Positions 26,542 through 35,624 of a stretch of DNA of 36,627 nt are shown here, in pieces (the first letter of the stretch is position 1; each line of letters begins with the position of its first letter). A program made the position numbers and the translations under genes. This stretch comes from Rhabdochlamydiaceae bacterium (lineage in GTDB: Bacteria; Chlamydiota; Chlamydiia; Chlamydiales; Rhabdochlamydiaceae), in the NCBI GenBank assembly GCA_041487155.1, contig JBGPMV010000001.1, positions 1 to 36,627 of the forward strand, in the 5' to 3' direction. A model generated the notes under the pieces. The model did no database searches and had not been told where the DNA came from. It was given only the letters and a program-made list of their open reading frames with translations.

Positions 26542-27129
26542 ATGCGATTACCACTAGTTCTCACTTTTTTCCGGGTTGTCATGAGTCCACTGTTTGTGGC
26601 GCTCTATCTATTTTCAGATAGTTGGGGTGTGTCCGGGACAGTTCTTCCTTATCTTTTGCTGGTCATTGTGGCGCTCTGCGAGTTGACCGATATTTTCGAC
26701 GGGTTCTTTGCAAGACGAAGAAATCAAGTCACAAGCCTTGGTAAAGTCCTCGATCCGATGGCCGATAGCTTTTTCCGCCTCTCGGTTTTCTTTGCATTTA
26801 CGCAAGGAGACCTTCAGCTTCCTCTCATGATCGTGCTGGTCTTTTTCTGGAGAGACTCTCTGGTCAACACGCTCCGCTCGCTGTGCGCCCTGCAGGGGAT
26901 TCCGCTGGCAGCTCGGGCTAGCGGCAAGGTCAAAGCCGTTGTGCAGGCAGTTGTGACTTTCTTCATTTTAATACTGATGATTCCATATACGAAGGGATGC
27001 CTTTCCCTGGAATCGTTTCAACAAATGAGCTGGATGGCTGCCGGCCTTGCCGCTGCCTACACGCTCTACTCAGGCTGTGAATACCTCTTTGTCCACCGCC
27101 AAATGATCAAGAAGGCTTTCAAGGTTTAA
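26542..27129 (+). CDS. pgsA: CDP-diacylglycerol--glycerol-3-phosphate 3-phosphatidyltransferase
   Basis: CDP-alcohol phosphotransferase motif DIFDGFFARRRNQVTSLGKVLDPMAD; hydrophobic. Confidence 0.92.
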   Translation: MRLPLVLTFFRVVMSPLFVALYLFSDSWGVSGTVLPYLLLVIVALCELTDIFDGFFARRRNQVTSLGKVLDPMADSFFRLSVFFAFTQGDLQLPLMIVLVFFWRDSLVNTLRSLCALQGIPLAARASGKVKAVVQAVVTFFILILMIPYTKGCLSLESFQQMSWMAAGLAAAYTLYSGCEYLFVHRQMIKKAFKV

Positions 27130-27172
27130 TTTTTAATTGTTTTTTTCCATGCAGGCTTGCTAAAATATTTGC

Positions 27173-28228
27173 ATGGGTATGACTCCAGTAACAACGTATG
27201 CATTTAAATTCTTTGGTGTCGGTCCGGACATCACTGATGACGATATTTTGCGCAAGGCGACAATTGAGCCTCTAGCGCAAAGACCGCAGCATGAGGATTT
27301 TCCTGCATTGCAAGAGTTCATTAGCCGACAAAAAAATCAACCTATTTCTGAATGGATTATTCATAGGACCATCAAGTTCGATGCGAGTTTTTGTGACAGT
27401 ACAATTAACGCTTTAAGTTCATTAGGACATTGGTCGGGGCGGGTGTCTGTGCTGTCGCAGGCTGTTTCTACGATTTCTCTTGTAGCCAACGTCTTTTTAA
27501 TTTCCAAAGAGCGAAGAAGCTTTAGAGTAGCGGCAGCACTTGTCTGTGTTGCTGCGTATTTTCTCAAAATGCAAGCAGACCAGCTTTGGGCTATATGTCA
27601 GGAAAAGAGGTCTTCTTTACAAGGCAGGTTAAGAGAATTTGGTCTAAATATAGCTCAATGTAGAGCAATATTGATAAAGAATAACTACGGGTATGATTCT
27701 TATGCGCTATCTGGTTTGCAAGATGAAAGAAGTCTCTCCCTATTACCTAAGATTTTTTCGCCCGAAGAACGGATATTTCTTACTACACGGTGGTTAGATG
27801 AGCCTTTTAAAAGATATTTGTCTTCAGATGAGAATGAGCCAGAGGACTCCGAATGCCAGGCTTTTGGACAAAGGTATTTTCAGGACGGGGCGTTTGAAAA
27901 AATGGCGACTCTACTTCCAGAAGACTCGCCCTAGCGTAAGGTAATTTTTAAATATTTGGAATTCGTACGTGAAATGCCGGCAAAATTAATTGAAGAAGTA
28001 AGAGCGAATTATCCGCATCTCGAGGGAGAACTTCCAGCAGACATTGCTTATTCGTATGACCATTATATTAGCATAGGCAAAGTATGGGCGTCCTCCACGC
28101 AGATAAAGGAAAAACCCGATGAGGTTGTTTTCGATCCCAAGGCATATTGTCAAAATTTTCTTGAGAGTCTTAAGAAAAGCTTTAAAAAAAGAAACAAAAA
28201 AAAGCTTTGTAAGCCGCCTGTACAATAA
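27173..28228 (+). pseudogene. Inc-like hypothetical gene interrupted by one in-frame TAG (27932-27934)
   Basis: ORFs 27173-27934 and 27956-28228 are in the same frame with only the TAG between them; two adjacent hydrophobic segments (VLSQAVSTISLVANVFLI / VAAALVCVAAYFL) followed by a coiled-coil-like stretch. Confidence 0.6.
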
Positions 28229-28303
28229 ATTTTTTACTCTCGAATGGCAGAGCACTTGTTGATTTAAAATATGTCAGTCGAGTATCTTGGTCGGCTTACG
28301 TAT

Positions 28304-28375
28304 TGGGGTGTAGCCAAGTGGTAAGGCAGTGGTTTTTGGTACCACCATTCGAGGGTTCGAGTCCTTCCACCCCAA
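28304..28375 (+). tRNA. tRNA-Gln(TTG)
   Basis: Acceptor stem TGGGGTG/CACCCCA; D-arm GCCAAGTGGTAAGGC; anticodon stem GTGGT/ACCAC with loop TT-TTG-GT; T-arm GAGGGTTCGAGTCCTTC; CCA not encoded. Confidence 0.97.
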
Positions 28376-28380
28376 CATTT

Positions 28381-28396
28381 AGAGGCTGTGGCCTCT
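28381..28396 (+). terminator. Short hairpin after the tRNA (weak terminator or processing signal)
   Basis: AGAGGC-TGTG-GCCTCT followed by TTAAAATT. Confidence 0.35.
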
Positions 28397-28415
28397 TTAA
28401 AATTAGGATTTTTCA

Positions 28416-29315
28416 ATGCCGAAAATGAAGTCGTGCATACTGTTTAGCGGGAGCTCCCATCCGGAGCTTGCCGGTAAGATTAGTAAGCAGGGCGGAATTC
28501 AGCAGGGGAAAGTCCGGATTGAGACATTTCCAGATGGCGAGATAGGCGTTCGAATTTTAGAGAATGTCCATGGTAAAGATGTTTTCGTTTTACAGACGAT
28601 CGCACAACATCCTAACCTCTATCTCATGGAATTGTTCATCATGATTGATGCTTTGAAGCGAGCCGGAGCGCGCTCTGTGGCAGCTGTCATGCCCTACTTT
28701 GGGTATGCCCGCCAAGACAGACGTGTGAAAGAAGGAGATCCGATCTCTGCAAAGCTCATCGCGCAAATGCTGGAGGCCTCAGGGGCTTCCAAGGTGCTGA
28801 CGATGGATCTGCATTCACCGCAGGTCGAAGGGTTTTTTAACATCCCGCTGATTCATCTCTCGGGAGATTCTCTTTTAATAGAGGAGATCCGAAAAGAGGG
28901 ATGGGACACAAGCGTGATGGTAGCGCCCGACATCGGTAGCATTTGGCGTGCGAGAGAGTTTGCAAAAGATCTTAAAACCTCCGACGGTATTGTCGATAAG
29001 CGTCGCATGAGTGCAAAACGGGTTGAAAGTCATGCCCTTACGGGGGATGTCAAAGGCAAAAACGTAGTTTTGGTCGATGACTTGATTTCAACCGGTCAAA
29101 CGATGTTGACAGCGGCGCGTGTGTGCACAAGCTGCGGAGCGAAAAAGATTTTCGCAGCCGCCACTCACGGTCTCTTTGTCAGCGGAGCGTTTGAAGAGGG
29201 TGCGATTGAAAAGATGATTTTAACAGATACGGTTCCTTCTCGGTTTAAATCCAAGAAGGTGAAAGTTGTCTCTGTAGCTCCTCTTTTTGCTCGCGCAATC
29301 TTAGAATCCATCTAG
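28416..29315 (+). CDS. prs: Ribose-phosphate pyrophosphokinase
   Basis: FPDGEI, MPYFGYARQDR, TMDLHSPQ, VAPDIG, VDKRR, LVDDLISTGQT, ATHGLF. Confidence 0.96.
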   Translation: MPKMKSCILFSGSSHPELAGKISKQGGIQQGKVRIETFPDGEIGVRILENVHGKDVFVLQTIAQHPNLYLMELFIMIDALKRAGARSVAAVMPYFGYARQDRRVKEGDPISAKLIAQMLEASGASKVLTMDLHSPQVEGFFNIPLIHLSGDSLLIEEIRKEGWDTSVMVAPDIGSIWRAREFAKDLKTSDGIVDKRRMSAKRVESHALTGDVKGKNVVLVDDLISTGQTMLTAARVCTSCGAKKIFAAATHGLFVSGAFEEGAIEKMILTDTVPSRFKSKKVKVVSVAPLFARAILESI

Positions 29316-29353
29316 AAATATCTCACTTTTACTAAACCGAACGGGAGTATGCT

Positions 29354-29917
29354 ATGAAATTGACTGTTCAGGTGCGCGCTTCAACAAAAAAAAGCGACAC
29401 CAAGCAGATTCGACGAGAAGGAAAGATCCCAGCGATTCTTTACTCAGCAGGTCAACAGAATGTTCAGTTGATCTTGAGTAGTGATGAAATGGGGGCTATT
29501 TTAAGACAAATGAAGCCGGGCCACCTAGGGACCACGGTGTTTCATTTGAAGCTAGATGGCAAAGAAAAACGCGCCATCATTAAGGATATTCAATATCAAT
29601 TAACGACCTATCATGTCTCGCATATCGATTTCGAAGAGCTCTTCGATGACGTGCCTGTGAGTGTGAAAGTGCCGATTCAATGCATCGGTGTTGCCGAGTG
29701 CGTAGGAGTGAAGCTGGGAGGCTTTTTAAGACAAATCATCCGCCATGTGCGTGTGGAGTGTCTGCCCAAGCATATTCCTGCTAACTTTTTAGTTGATGTG
29801 CAAGATCTTGGGATCAAGCAATCGAAGAAACTGTCCGACATATCAATTCCTCAAGGAGTGAAACCCCTTGCTAAAATGGATGAAGTCGTTGTTGTCGTTT
29901 CAAAACGCAGCAACTAA
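29354..29917 (+). CDS. rplY: 50S ribosomal protein L25/Ctc
   Basis: IRREGKIPAILY, IIKDIQY, HIDF, GVKLGG; conserved prs-rplY-pth context. Confidence 0.96.
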   Translation: MKLTVQVRASTKKSDTKQIRREGKIPAILYSAGQQNVQLILSSDEMGAILRQMKPGHLGTTVFHLKLDGKEKRAIIKDIQYQLTTYHVSHIDFEELFDDVPVSVKVPIQCIGVAECVGVKLGGFLRQIIRHVRVECLPKHIPANFLVDVQDLGIKQSKKLSDISIPQGVKPLAKMDEVVVVVSKRSN

Positions 29918-30488
29918 AGAGTATTTAATTGTGGGACTAGGAAATCCTGGTAAGGCTTATGAAAAGACCCGGCATAACGTTGGATTCCGCGCGGCGATGC
30001 ATTTTGCAAAACGGCATGCAATGACGTTTAAGAAAGCGGAGAAGATGTCAGCAGAGGTAGCTAAAGGCCGTGTAGGAAAAGAAGCAGTACGCGTTGTCCT
30101 GCCTCTGACTTATATGAACAGCAGCGGAGAAGCCGTCTTGCGAGCGATGAAGGCTTTTAAGGTGCCTTCTGAGCGGACCTTTGTGATCGTCGATGATATT
30201 GCATTTCCTGTAGGGGAGATGCGCCTTAAAGAAGAAGGCAGCCATGGCGGACATAATGGCCTAAGGAGTATCGAAGAGCACCTTGGATCAAGGGATTTTC
30301 CTCGCCTGCGCATAGGCGTAGGGCATCCTCAGGGTGGAGATTTAGCAGAGTTTGTGCTCTCGCCCTTTGATAGTCAAGATGAGCTACAGTTACCGGATGT
30401 TTTTAACCACGCCGCAGATGTTTTGGACTGTTGGATCCTGCAAGGGATGCAAAAAGCCATGACGCTTGCGAATACAAAAAAGAGTTAA
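29868..30488 (+). CDS. pth: Peptidyl-tRNA hydrolase (start uncertain; ATG 29880 is an alternative)
   Basis: LIVGLGNPG..YEKTRHNVGF, PLTYMNSSG, GGHNGLRSI, RLRIGVG. Confidence 0.96.
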   Translation: MLKWMKSLLSFQNAATKEYLIVGLGNPGKAYEKTRHNVGFRAAMHFAKRHAMTFKKAEKMSAEVAKGRVGKEAVRVVLPLTYMNSSGEAVLRAMKAFKVPSERTFVIVDDIAFPVGEMRLKEEGSHGGHNGLRSIEEHLGSRDFPRLRIGVGHPQGGDLAEFVLSPFDSQDELQLPDVFNHAADVLDCWILQGMQKAMTLANTKKS

Positions 30489-30507
30489 TATTAAGGAGTC
30501 ATTAGAA

Positions 30508-30852
30508 ATGGCGAAAAACGAGAATAAAGGGCATCTCTACGAAGGGATGTACATTTTATCGACCGCTTTAACAGACGATGCTTGTCAAAAACTCATCGAC
30601 AAGATGAAAGGCAACATCACTGATAAAGGGGGAGAAATACATAAAATATTTGATCAAGGGCGCAAGAAGCTTGCGTATGAGATCAACAAGAAAAGAGAAG
30701 GCCATTACTTTCTGTTCTACTTTTCTATCCCGACAGTGGCGATGGAAAAGCTGTGGAGAGAATACCGTCTGACAGAAGACATCCTTCGTTTTATGACGAC
30801 ACGGACCCCTAAAGTCCCAGAAAAAATTGAATTTCAACCTTTACCAGAGTAA
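30508..30852 (+). CDS. rpsF: 30S ribosomal protein S6
   Basis: [17 protein letters not shown]...GHY, ILRFM; start set at ATG 30508 after AAGGAG. Confidence 0.95.
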   Translation: MAKNENKGHLYEGMYILSTALTDDACQKLIDKMKGNITDKGGEIHKIFDQGRKKLAYEINKKREGHYFLFYFSIPTVAMEKLWREYRLTEDILRFMTTRTPKVPEKIEFQPLPE

Positions 30853-30857
30853 GTAAT

Positions 30858-31088
30858 ATGGAATCCCCTTTTGCCCCCAAGAAAAAACGGAGCTGTCCGT
30901 TTACTGCAGCGGGAGTTAAGCACATCGACTACAAAGATCTCGAGACGCTTTACCGCTTCATCACCGAACGAGGTAAAATCATTCCTCGCCGGATTACTGG
31001 TGTTTCTGCGTGTTATCAGCGGAAGCTAGTTAAAGCGATCAAACAAGCACGTTACATGGCGCTTGTGCCATTCGTGTCTGAAGGTTAA
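30858..31088 (+). CDS. rpsR: 30S ribosomal protein S18
   Basis: CPF...IDYKD...[15 protein letters not shown]...QR...AIKQAR. Confidence 0.97.
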   Translation: MESPFAPKKKRSCPFTAAGVKHIDYKDLETLYRFITERGKIIPRRITGVSACYQRKLVKAIKQARYMALVPFVSEG

Positions 31089-31099
31089 GAGGTTATACG

Positions 31100-31570
31100 A
31101 TGAAACAACAATACTTACTGATCTCAGATGTCGAAGATATCGGCCGCAGCGGCGAAGTGATTTCTGTAAAGTCCGGCTTTGCCAGAAACTTCCTTCTCCC
31201 TCGGCAAAAAGCAGTTCCTGCAAGCGAGCATACGCTCCGCATGCAAGCGCGCCTTAAAGCCGAGCGTGCAAAGCAAGCAGATGTCGATCGCAAAGAAGCC
31301 GAAGATCTCGCAGCTAAACTGCAAGGCCTGACCCTCACGATCACTGTTAAAGTCGATCAGGAAGGTAATATGTACGGCTCTGTAGGATACTCTGACATTT
31401 TAGAACTCTTTGCCAAAGAAGGTCTTCAAATGGACCGCCGCAATATCGGCCTTAATAAGCCGCTTAAAACGACTGGCGCGCATACCATGACCCTGAAGCT
31501 CAAAGAGGGTGTCGCATGCTCTTACATACTCAATATTGTAGGCGAAGTGGCCCAGCCGCATAAAGCGTAA
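31100..31570 (+). CDS. rplI: 50S ribosomal protein L9
   Basis: GRSGEVISVKSGFARNFLLP, MYGSV, PLKTTG. Confidence 0.96.
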   Translation: MKQQYLLISDVEDIGRSGEVISVKSGFARNFLLPRQKAVPASEHTLRMQARLKAERAKQADVDRKEAEDLAAKLQGLTLTITVKVDQEGNMYGSVGYSDILELFAKEGLQMDRRNIGLNKPLKTTGAHTMTLKLKEGVACSYILNIVGEVAQPHKA

Positions 31571-31574
31571 CTTT

Positions 31575-32000
31575 TTGTTTAAATTTTTTAAATTATTTAG
31601 ACGTAAAGTCCTCCTATATCCCCGAGGTGAGCATCATCACCTCGAGGATATTTTTAACCGAGTCAACGCAGAGTATTTTGAAGGAAAGCTGAGTCTTAAA
31701 ATTACTTGGTTCAACCGCCGGCGCTCTCGCGCACCTAGACGGATTGTTTTAGGATCGTATCACTTTAAATCCGAGCTTATCCGCATCAATCGCTACCTCG
31801 ATGCGCCGCATATTCCGGACTATTTTGTCGCCTACATTGTCTACCATGAAGCCCTTCATCATGTTTTTCCGCCCGTGAAAGGGAGGAGGGGAAAGCGAAG
31901 CATCCACCATCCTGAGTTCAAAGCCCATGAAAAAAAATTTAAACAGTATATTCATGCTCAGGAATTTAGGAAGGAAATTCGAAAAAATCTATTCGGATAA
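31575..32000 (+). CDS. SprT-like / minigluzincin metalloprotease-domain protein
   Basis: FNRVNAEYF...LGSY...IRIN..LD...YIVYHEALH...HHPEFK (HExxH plus downstream His). Confidence 0.8.
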   Translation: MFKFFKLFRRKVLLYPRGEHHHLEDIFNRVNAEYFEGKLSLKITWFNRRRSRAPRRIVLGSYHFKSELIRINRYLDAPHIPDYFVAYIVYHEALHHVFPPVKGRRGKRSIHHPEFKAHEKKFKQYIHAQEFRKEIRKNLFG

Positions 32001-32030
32001 ACCCCGCATTTGTGCTAATCTTCTCCTCTT

Positions 32031-33002
32031 ATGGATCAGAAAAACATCATCGTTACAGGAGCTGCAGGGCTCATCGGTTCCGGAATCGTTCGATATCTCA
32101 ATGACAAGGGTCACACCTCAAACCTTATTTTAGTCGATCAGCTGGATCATCCTGCAAAAGTTAAAAATCTTCAAAATAAACAGTACAAAGAAATGGTCCC
32201 GATCCAAAAGCTGCATCAGTGGCTAGAGGGGCGCGGCAGTGAAATCAGCGCGATCTTTCATCTGGGGGCCTGCTCTGATACTTTAGAGCAAAACGAAGAG
32301 TTCTTAAAAGAAAACAACACGCTCTATACCCAAAAACTGGCCGAATATTCTTTGAAGCATGGAATTCGGTTTATCTATGCATCGTCTGCAGCAACCTATG
32401 GAAATGGGGAAAGAGGATTTTCAGACGGCCATGGGCTTTTAGACGAGCTGCAGCCTCTGAACCTTTACGGAAAATCTAAACACTTATTTGACTTGTGGGC
32501 TCTCCGAGAAGGCGTGCTCGATCAGTTTGTCGGCCTCAAATATTTTAACGTCTTTGGGCCAAATGAATCCCACAAGGGCCGCATGGCCTCCATGGTTTTT
32601 AAAATGGTTCCTGTGATCCAGCAAGAAGGTGTCATCCGGCTTTTTAAATCGACCGAGCCCGATCGATTTGCCGACGGTGGACAGTGCCGAGATTTCATTT
32701 ACATCAAAGATGCCGTCCAGATGACGTGCCAATTTTTAGACAATACGCGGGGCGGGATCTTCAATATTGGAATGGGCAGGCCGACGACTTGGAATGAACT
32801 GGCGACTGCTGTTTTTAAAGCCTTGAATAAACCGGCTCTGATTGAGTATATTGAAATGCCAAGAGATCTAGCATCTCAATACCAAAATTATACGTGTGCT
32901 GAAATGAATAAATACGGACAACCCCTTCAACTTGAATTTACCATTGACACAGCAGTCGATGATTATGTAAACAAGTACTTAATCCCGAACGTTGCATGGT
33001 AA
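32031..33002 (+). CDS. hldD: ADP-L-glycero-D-manno-heptose 6-epimerase
   Basis: IVTGAAGLIGS, FHLGACSDT, YASSAATYG, PLNLYGKSK, YFNVFGPNESHKGRMAS, RDFIY. Confidence 0.95.
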   Translation: MDQKNIIVTGAAGLIGSGIVRYLNDKGHTSNLILVDQLDHPAKVKNLQNKQYKEMVPIQKLHQWLEGRGSEISAIFHLGACSDTLEQNEEFLKENNTLYTQKLAEYSLKHGIRFIYASSAATYGNGERGFSDGHGLLDELQPLNLYGKSKHLFDLWALREGVLDQFVGLKYFNVFGPNESHKGRMASMVFKMVPVIQQEGVIRLFKSTEPDRFADGGQCRDFIYIKDAVQMTCQFLDNTRGGIFNIGMGRPTTWNELATAVFKALNKPALIEYIEMPRDLASQYQNYTCAEMNKYGQPLQLEFTIDTAVDDYVNKYLIPNVAW

Positions 33003-34321
33003 AGTTAAGCCGCATTTTTAGTCGTTTAAATACCGTACGTGTCGCCGTCATCGGCGACTATATGTATGATACCTATACGACAGGAAAAGTGCGCCGCATC
33101 TCGCCGGAAGCCCCGGTTCCCGTGCTTGATGTCATAAGACAAGAGGGACGTCCCGGCGGAGCTGGTAACGTCGTTCTCAACTTAATTTCTCTTGGAGCTC
33201 AAGTGGTCGCCATCGGCCGTGTGGGTGCCGATATTGCAGGCGAGAGCATCGTTAAATCGCTTGCAGCCGAAGGTGTCAATGTCGATGGACTTATTGTCCA
33301 AACTCCCTATCAAACCCCTGTAAAAAATCGGCTGATTGCGGACGCTCAACAAGTGATCCGAGTCGATTTTGAAGCGATTACCCCCATCCCGGAAAATATC
33401 GAACAGACCGTTGTCGAAAGGCTTCCTCTTCTTTTGGATGGAATCGATATTTTAGCGATCTCCGATTATGGCAAAGGGTTTTTGTCGCCCTCGCTTCTCA
33501 TGGCAGTCATTGACATGGCTAAAGCTCGCAATATTCCGGTCATTGTCGATCCCAAAGGCGATGACTTTACAAGATACCAAGGCGCAACTGTTCTCAAGCC
33601 TAATTTGCAAGAAGCGTATGCTGCCGCAAAAATGTCCCACACCGCTTCTCTTGAGCATGTGGCCGAAGCTCTCTTTAAAAAGGTGAACATCGATCTGCTC
33701 ATGATTACAAGGTCAGAAGCCGGCATCTCGCTCTTCACCCGCGAAGGGGAAAGGCTCGACTTTCCTGTCCGCTCTAAAGAAGTGAAAGACGTCACAGGCG
33801 CCGGAGATACCGTGCTTGCGATGGTGAGTGTCGCATTAGGAAATAGGCTTGAATTTGCTGATGCTGCCCAGCTTGCCAATATTGCGGCGGGAATTGCTAT
33901 CGAGCGGCTCGGGTGCGCCCGCATTAATCTTTCGGATCTGGCGACACGCCTACTCGAATTCGACGTCGATAACAAAGTGTTTGATGAAGACCATCTCTTT
34001 GCTCTGCAGCAAGCCCTCAAAGACAAACACTATGTCGTCCTCGGCATCCATAGTACGCAGGGAATTACCACTGCGCTTTTCCGCAGCATCCGCAAGCTTG
34101 CCACACGAAACACCGATAATAAACTGATTGTCTATGTCAGAGATTCCGACCCTGATGAAGAATTCATCTCGCTTCTCTCCTCCCTGGATGAGGTCGACTT
34201 TGTGGTTCTCAAGTGCGAAAGTTTAAAGAACCTCTGCGAAATCATCCATCCCCAAGAGGTTTTCGAAATCGAAAACAACAAGCTCGTCCTCCTCGACCAC
34301 TTCAAAGCCCTCCTGAATTAG
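32996..34321 (+). CDS. hldE: HldE/RfaE heptose-7-phosphate kinase with degenerate C-terminal nucleotidyltransferase-like domain
   Basis: RISPEAPVPV, GGAGNV, SDYGKG, VDPKG, DVTGAGDTV kinase motifs; the C-terminal region lacks FD.LH.GH. Confidence 0.9.
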   Translation: MVKLSRIFSRLNTVRVAVIGDYMYDTYTTGKVRRISPEAPVPVLDVIRQEGRPGGAGNVVLNLISLGAQVVAIGRVGADIAGESIVKSLAAEGVNVDGLIVQTPYQTPVKNRLIADAQQVIRVDFEAITPIPENIEQTVVERLPLLLDGIDILAISDYGKGFLSPSLLMAVIDMAKARNIPVIVDPKGDDFTRYQGATVLKPNLQEAYAAAKMSHTASLEHVAEALFKKVNIDLLMITRSEAGISLFTREGERLDFPVRSKEVKDVTGAGDTVLAMVSVALGNRLEFADAAQLANIAAGIAIERLGCARINLSDLATRLLEFDVDNKVFDEDHLFALQQALKDKHYVVLGIHSTQGITTALFRSIRKLATRNTDNKLIVYVRDSDPDEEFISLLSSLDEVDFVVLKCESLKNLCEIIHPQEVFEIENNKLVLLDHFKALLN

Positions 34322-34322
34322 C

Positions 34323-35225
34323 TTAAAGCTGTTTCAATCGCTCAATCCGCTCCTCTAATGGAGGATGGGTTGAAAAGAGCTGTCTAATTCCATGCCGTCT
34401 GGGATTGGAGATCTTGAAGGTTTGGAAGGCAGGTTTTTCGTATCTTTGATCGACGACTTCTTGGGTGCGCTTGAGAGCTTCTAAGGCAGAAATCATGTTA
34501 CCCCGGCCTGCAAGTTTTGCGCCGCCGCGATCTGCGCGGAACTCTCGGAAGCGAGAGTAGGCGGCAATCACGATCATTCCCAAGAACATGAAGACGAGCT
34601 GGAACACGAAGACAAGCATGTAATACGAGCCATTGGAAGAGCGTTGGCTGCCTTTGTTTCCAATGCCTGAGAGGGCAAACGCCAGCACGCGGGCTAAGAA
34701 CATGACAAAGGCGTTGATGACGCCTTGGATGAGCGTCATTGTGACCATGTCTCCATTGGCTATATGGGAGATTTCATGGCCGAGAACGCCTTCGAGCTCT
34801 TGAGGAGACATTTTATTGAGCAGGCCGCGGGAGACAGCGACGAGCGATCTTTTGCGGGAAGGCCCCGTTGCAAAAGCGTTGAGTTCGGAAGACTCATAGA
34901 TTCCGACTTCGGGCATAGTGGGAAGATTGGCAGCTCTTGCTAGAGAATAGACGACGTGGATCAAATCTTTCCCTTGCGTGTCGCGGGTATTGGGGTCGAG
35001 TATTTTGACGCCCATCATCCATTTTGCCATGGAGCGGGAGAGCGCAAGAGAGATGAATGCGCCGCCAAACCCCCAAATAAGGCAGAACACGAGAAGATCT
35101 CCGTAGCTGATGCCGTGTGATTGAAGGTAAGGTTGGACGTTGCACAGCTTTAAAATAATGGAGATCGTAAAAATAACCAGCGCGTTCACTGCAAAAAACA
35201 AAAAAATCCTTCTAAAAAACCCCAT
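34323..35225 (-). CDS. htpX: Membrane zinc metalloprotease HtpX
   Basis: NAFATG, GHEISHIANGDMVTMTL, SRFREFRAD, FSTHPPLEERI; start at ATG 35225 after GAGGAGG; TTGACT-17-TTTAAT promoter upstream. Confidence 0.96.
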   Translation of the reverse strand: MGFFRRIFLFFAVNALVIFTISIILKLCNVQPYLQSHGISYGDLLVFCLIWGFGGAFISLALSRSMAKWMMGVKILDPNTRDTQGKDLIHVVYSLARAANLPTMPEVGIYESSELNAFATGPSRKRSLVAVSRGLLNKMSPQELEGVLGHEISHIANGDMVTMTLIQGVINAFVMFLARVLAFALSGIGNKGSQRSSNGSYYMLVFVFQLVFMFLGMIVIAAYSRFREFRADRGGAKLAGRGNMISALEALKRTQEVVDQRYEKPAFQTFKISNPRRHGIRQLFSTHPPLEERIERLKQL

Positions 35226-35372
35226 GGAAATCCTCCTCATTCTTCATCTATTAAACACGTTAAAATGTTAACAGTCAAGAAGGTAAAGTATAATTTTAAT
35301 CGAAAAGAGCGATTGCAGTTTAATATTAAATTATGCGATGTATTTTATATTGAATTTACATAGAGTTTGTAA

Positions 35373-35624
35373 TTGAAGAGAAAAGTTGACAACCCGAACA
35401 AAAGGTTTGATATGCTGAAATGTTTTGCGACGGCTCAAAAAGAGCAGAGTCAAAATGTTATCCAAGCTCTTTCAGAAAATAATCAGTGTTATGTTCTCAT
35501 TACGTGCGGACAGCCGACAAAAGATGGTCACATGGAAGTTGAAATGACAATCGGTGGGGATGATCCTGTTCTTGCCGCCTATCTCGTCGAAAGCGCATCC
35601 ACCATCATGGATGATCAGCTATGA
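35373..35624 (+). CDS. Small hypothetical protein (start may be ATG 35412)
   Basis: CYVLITCGQPTKDGHMEVEM...DPVLAAYLVESA; TGA overlaps the next ATG (ATGA). Confidence 0.65.
   Translation: MKRKVDNPNKRFDMLKCFATAQKEQSQNVIQALSENNQCYVLITCGQPTKDGHMEVEMTIGGDDPVLAAYLVESASTIMDDQL

Noticed and set aside
27932-27934. Genome-wide TAG reassignment or a suppressor tRNA
   Set aside because: glyQS and prs end normally at TAG, and the neighbouring tRNA has a standard TTG (Gln) anticodon.
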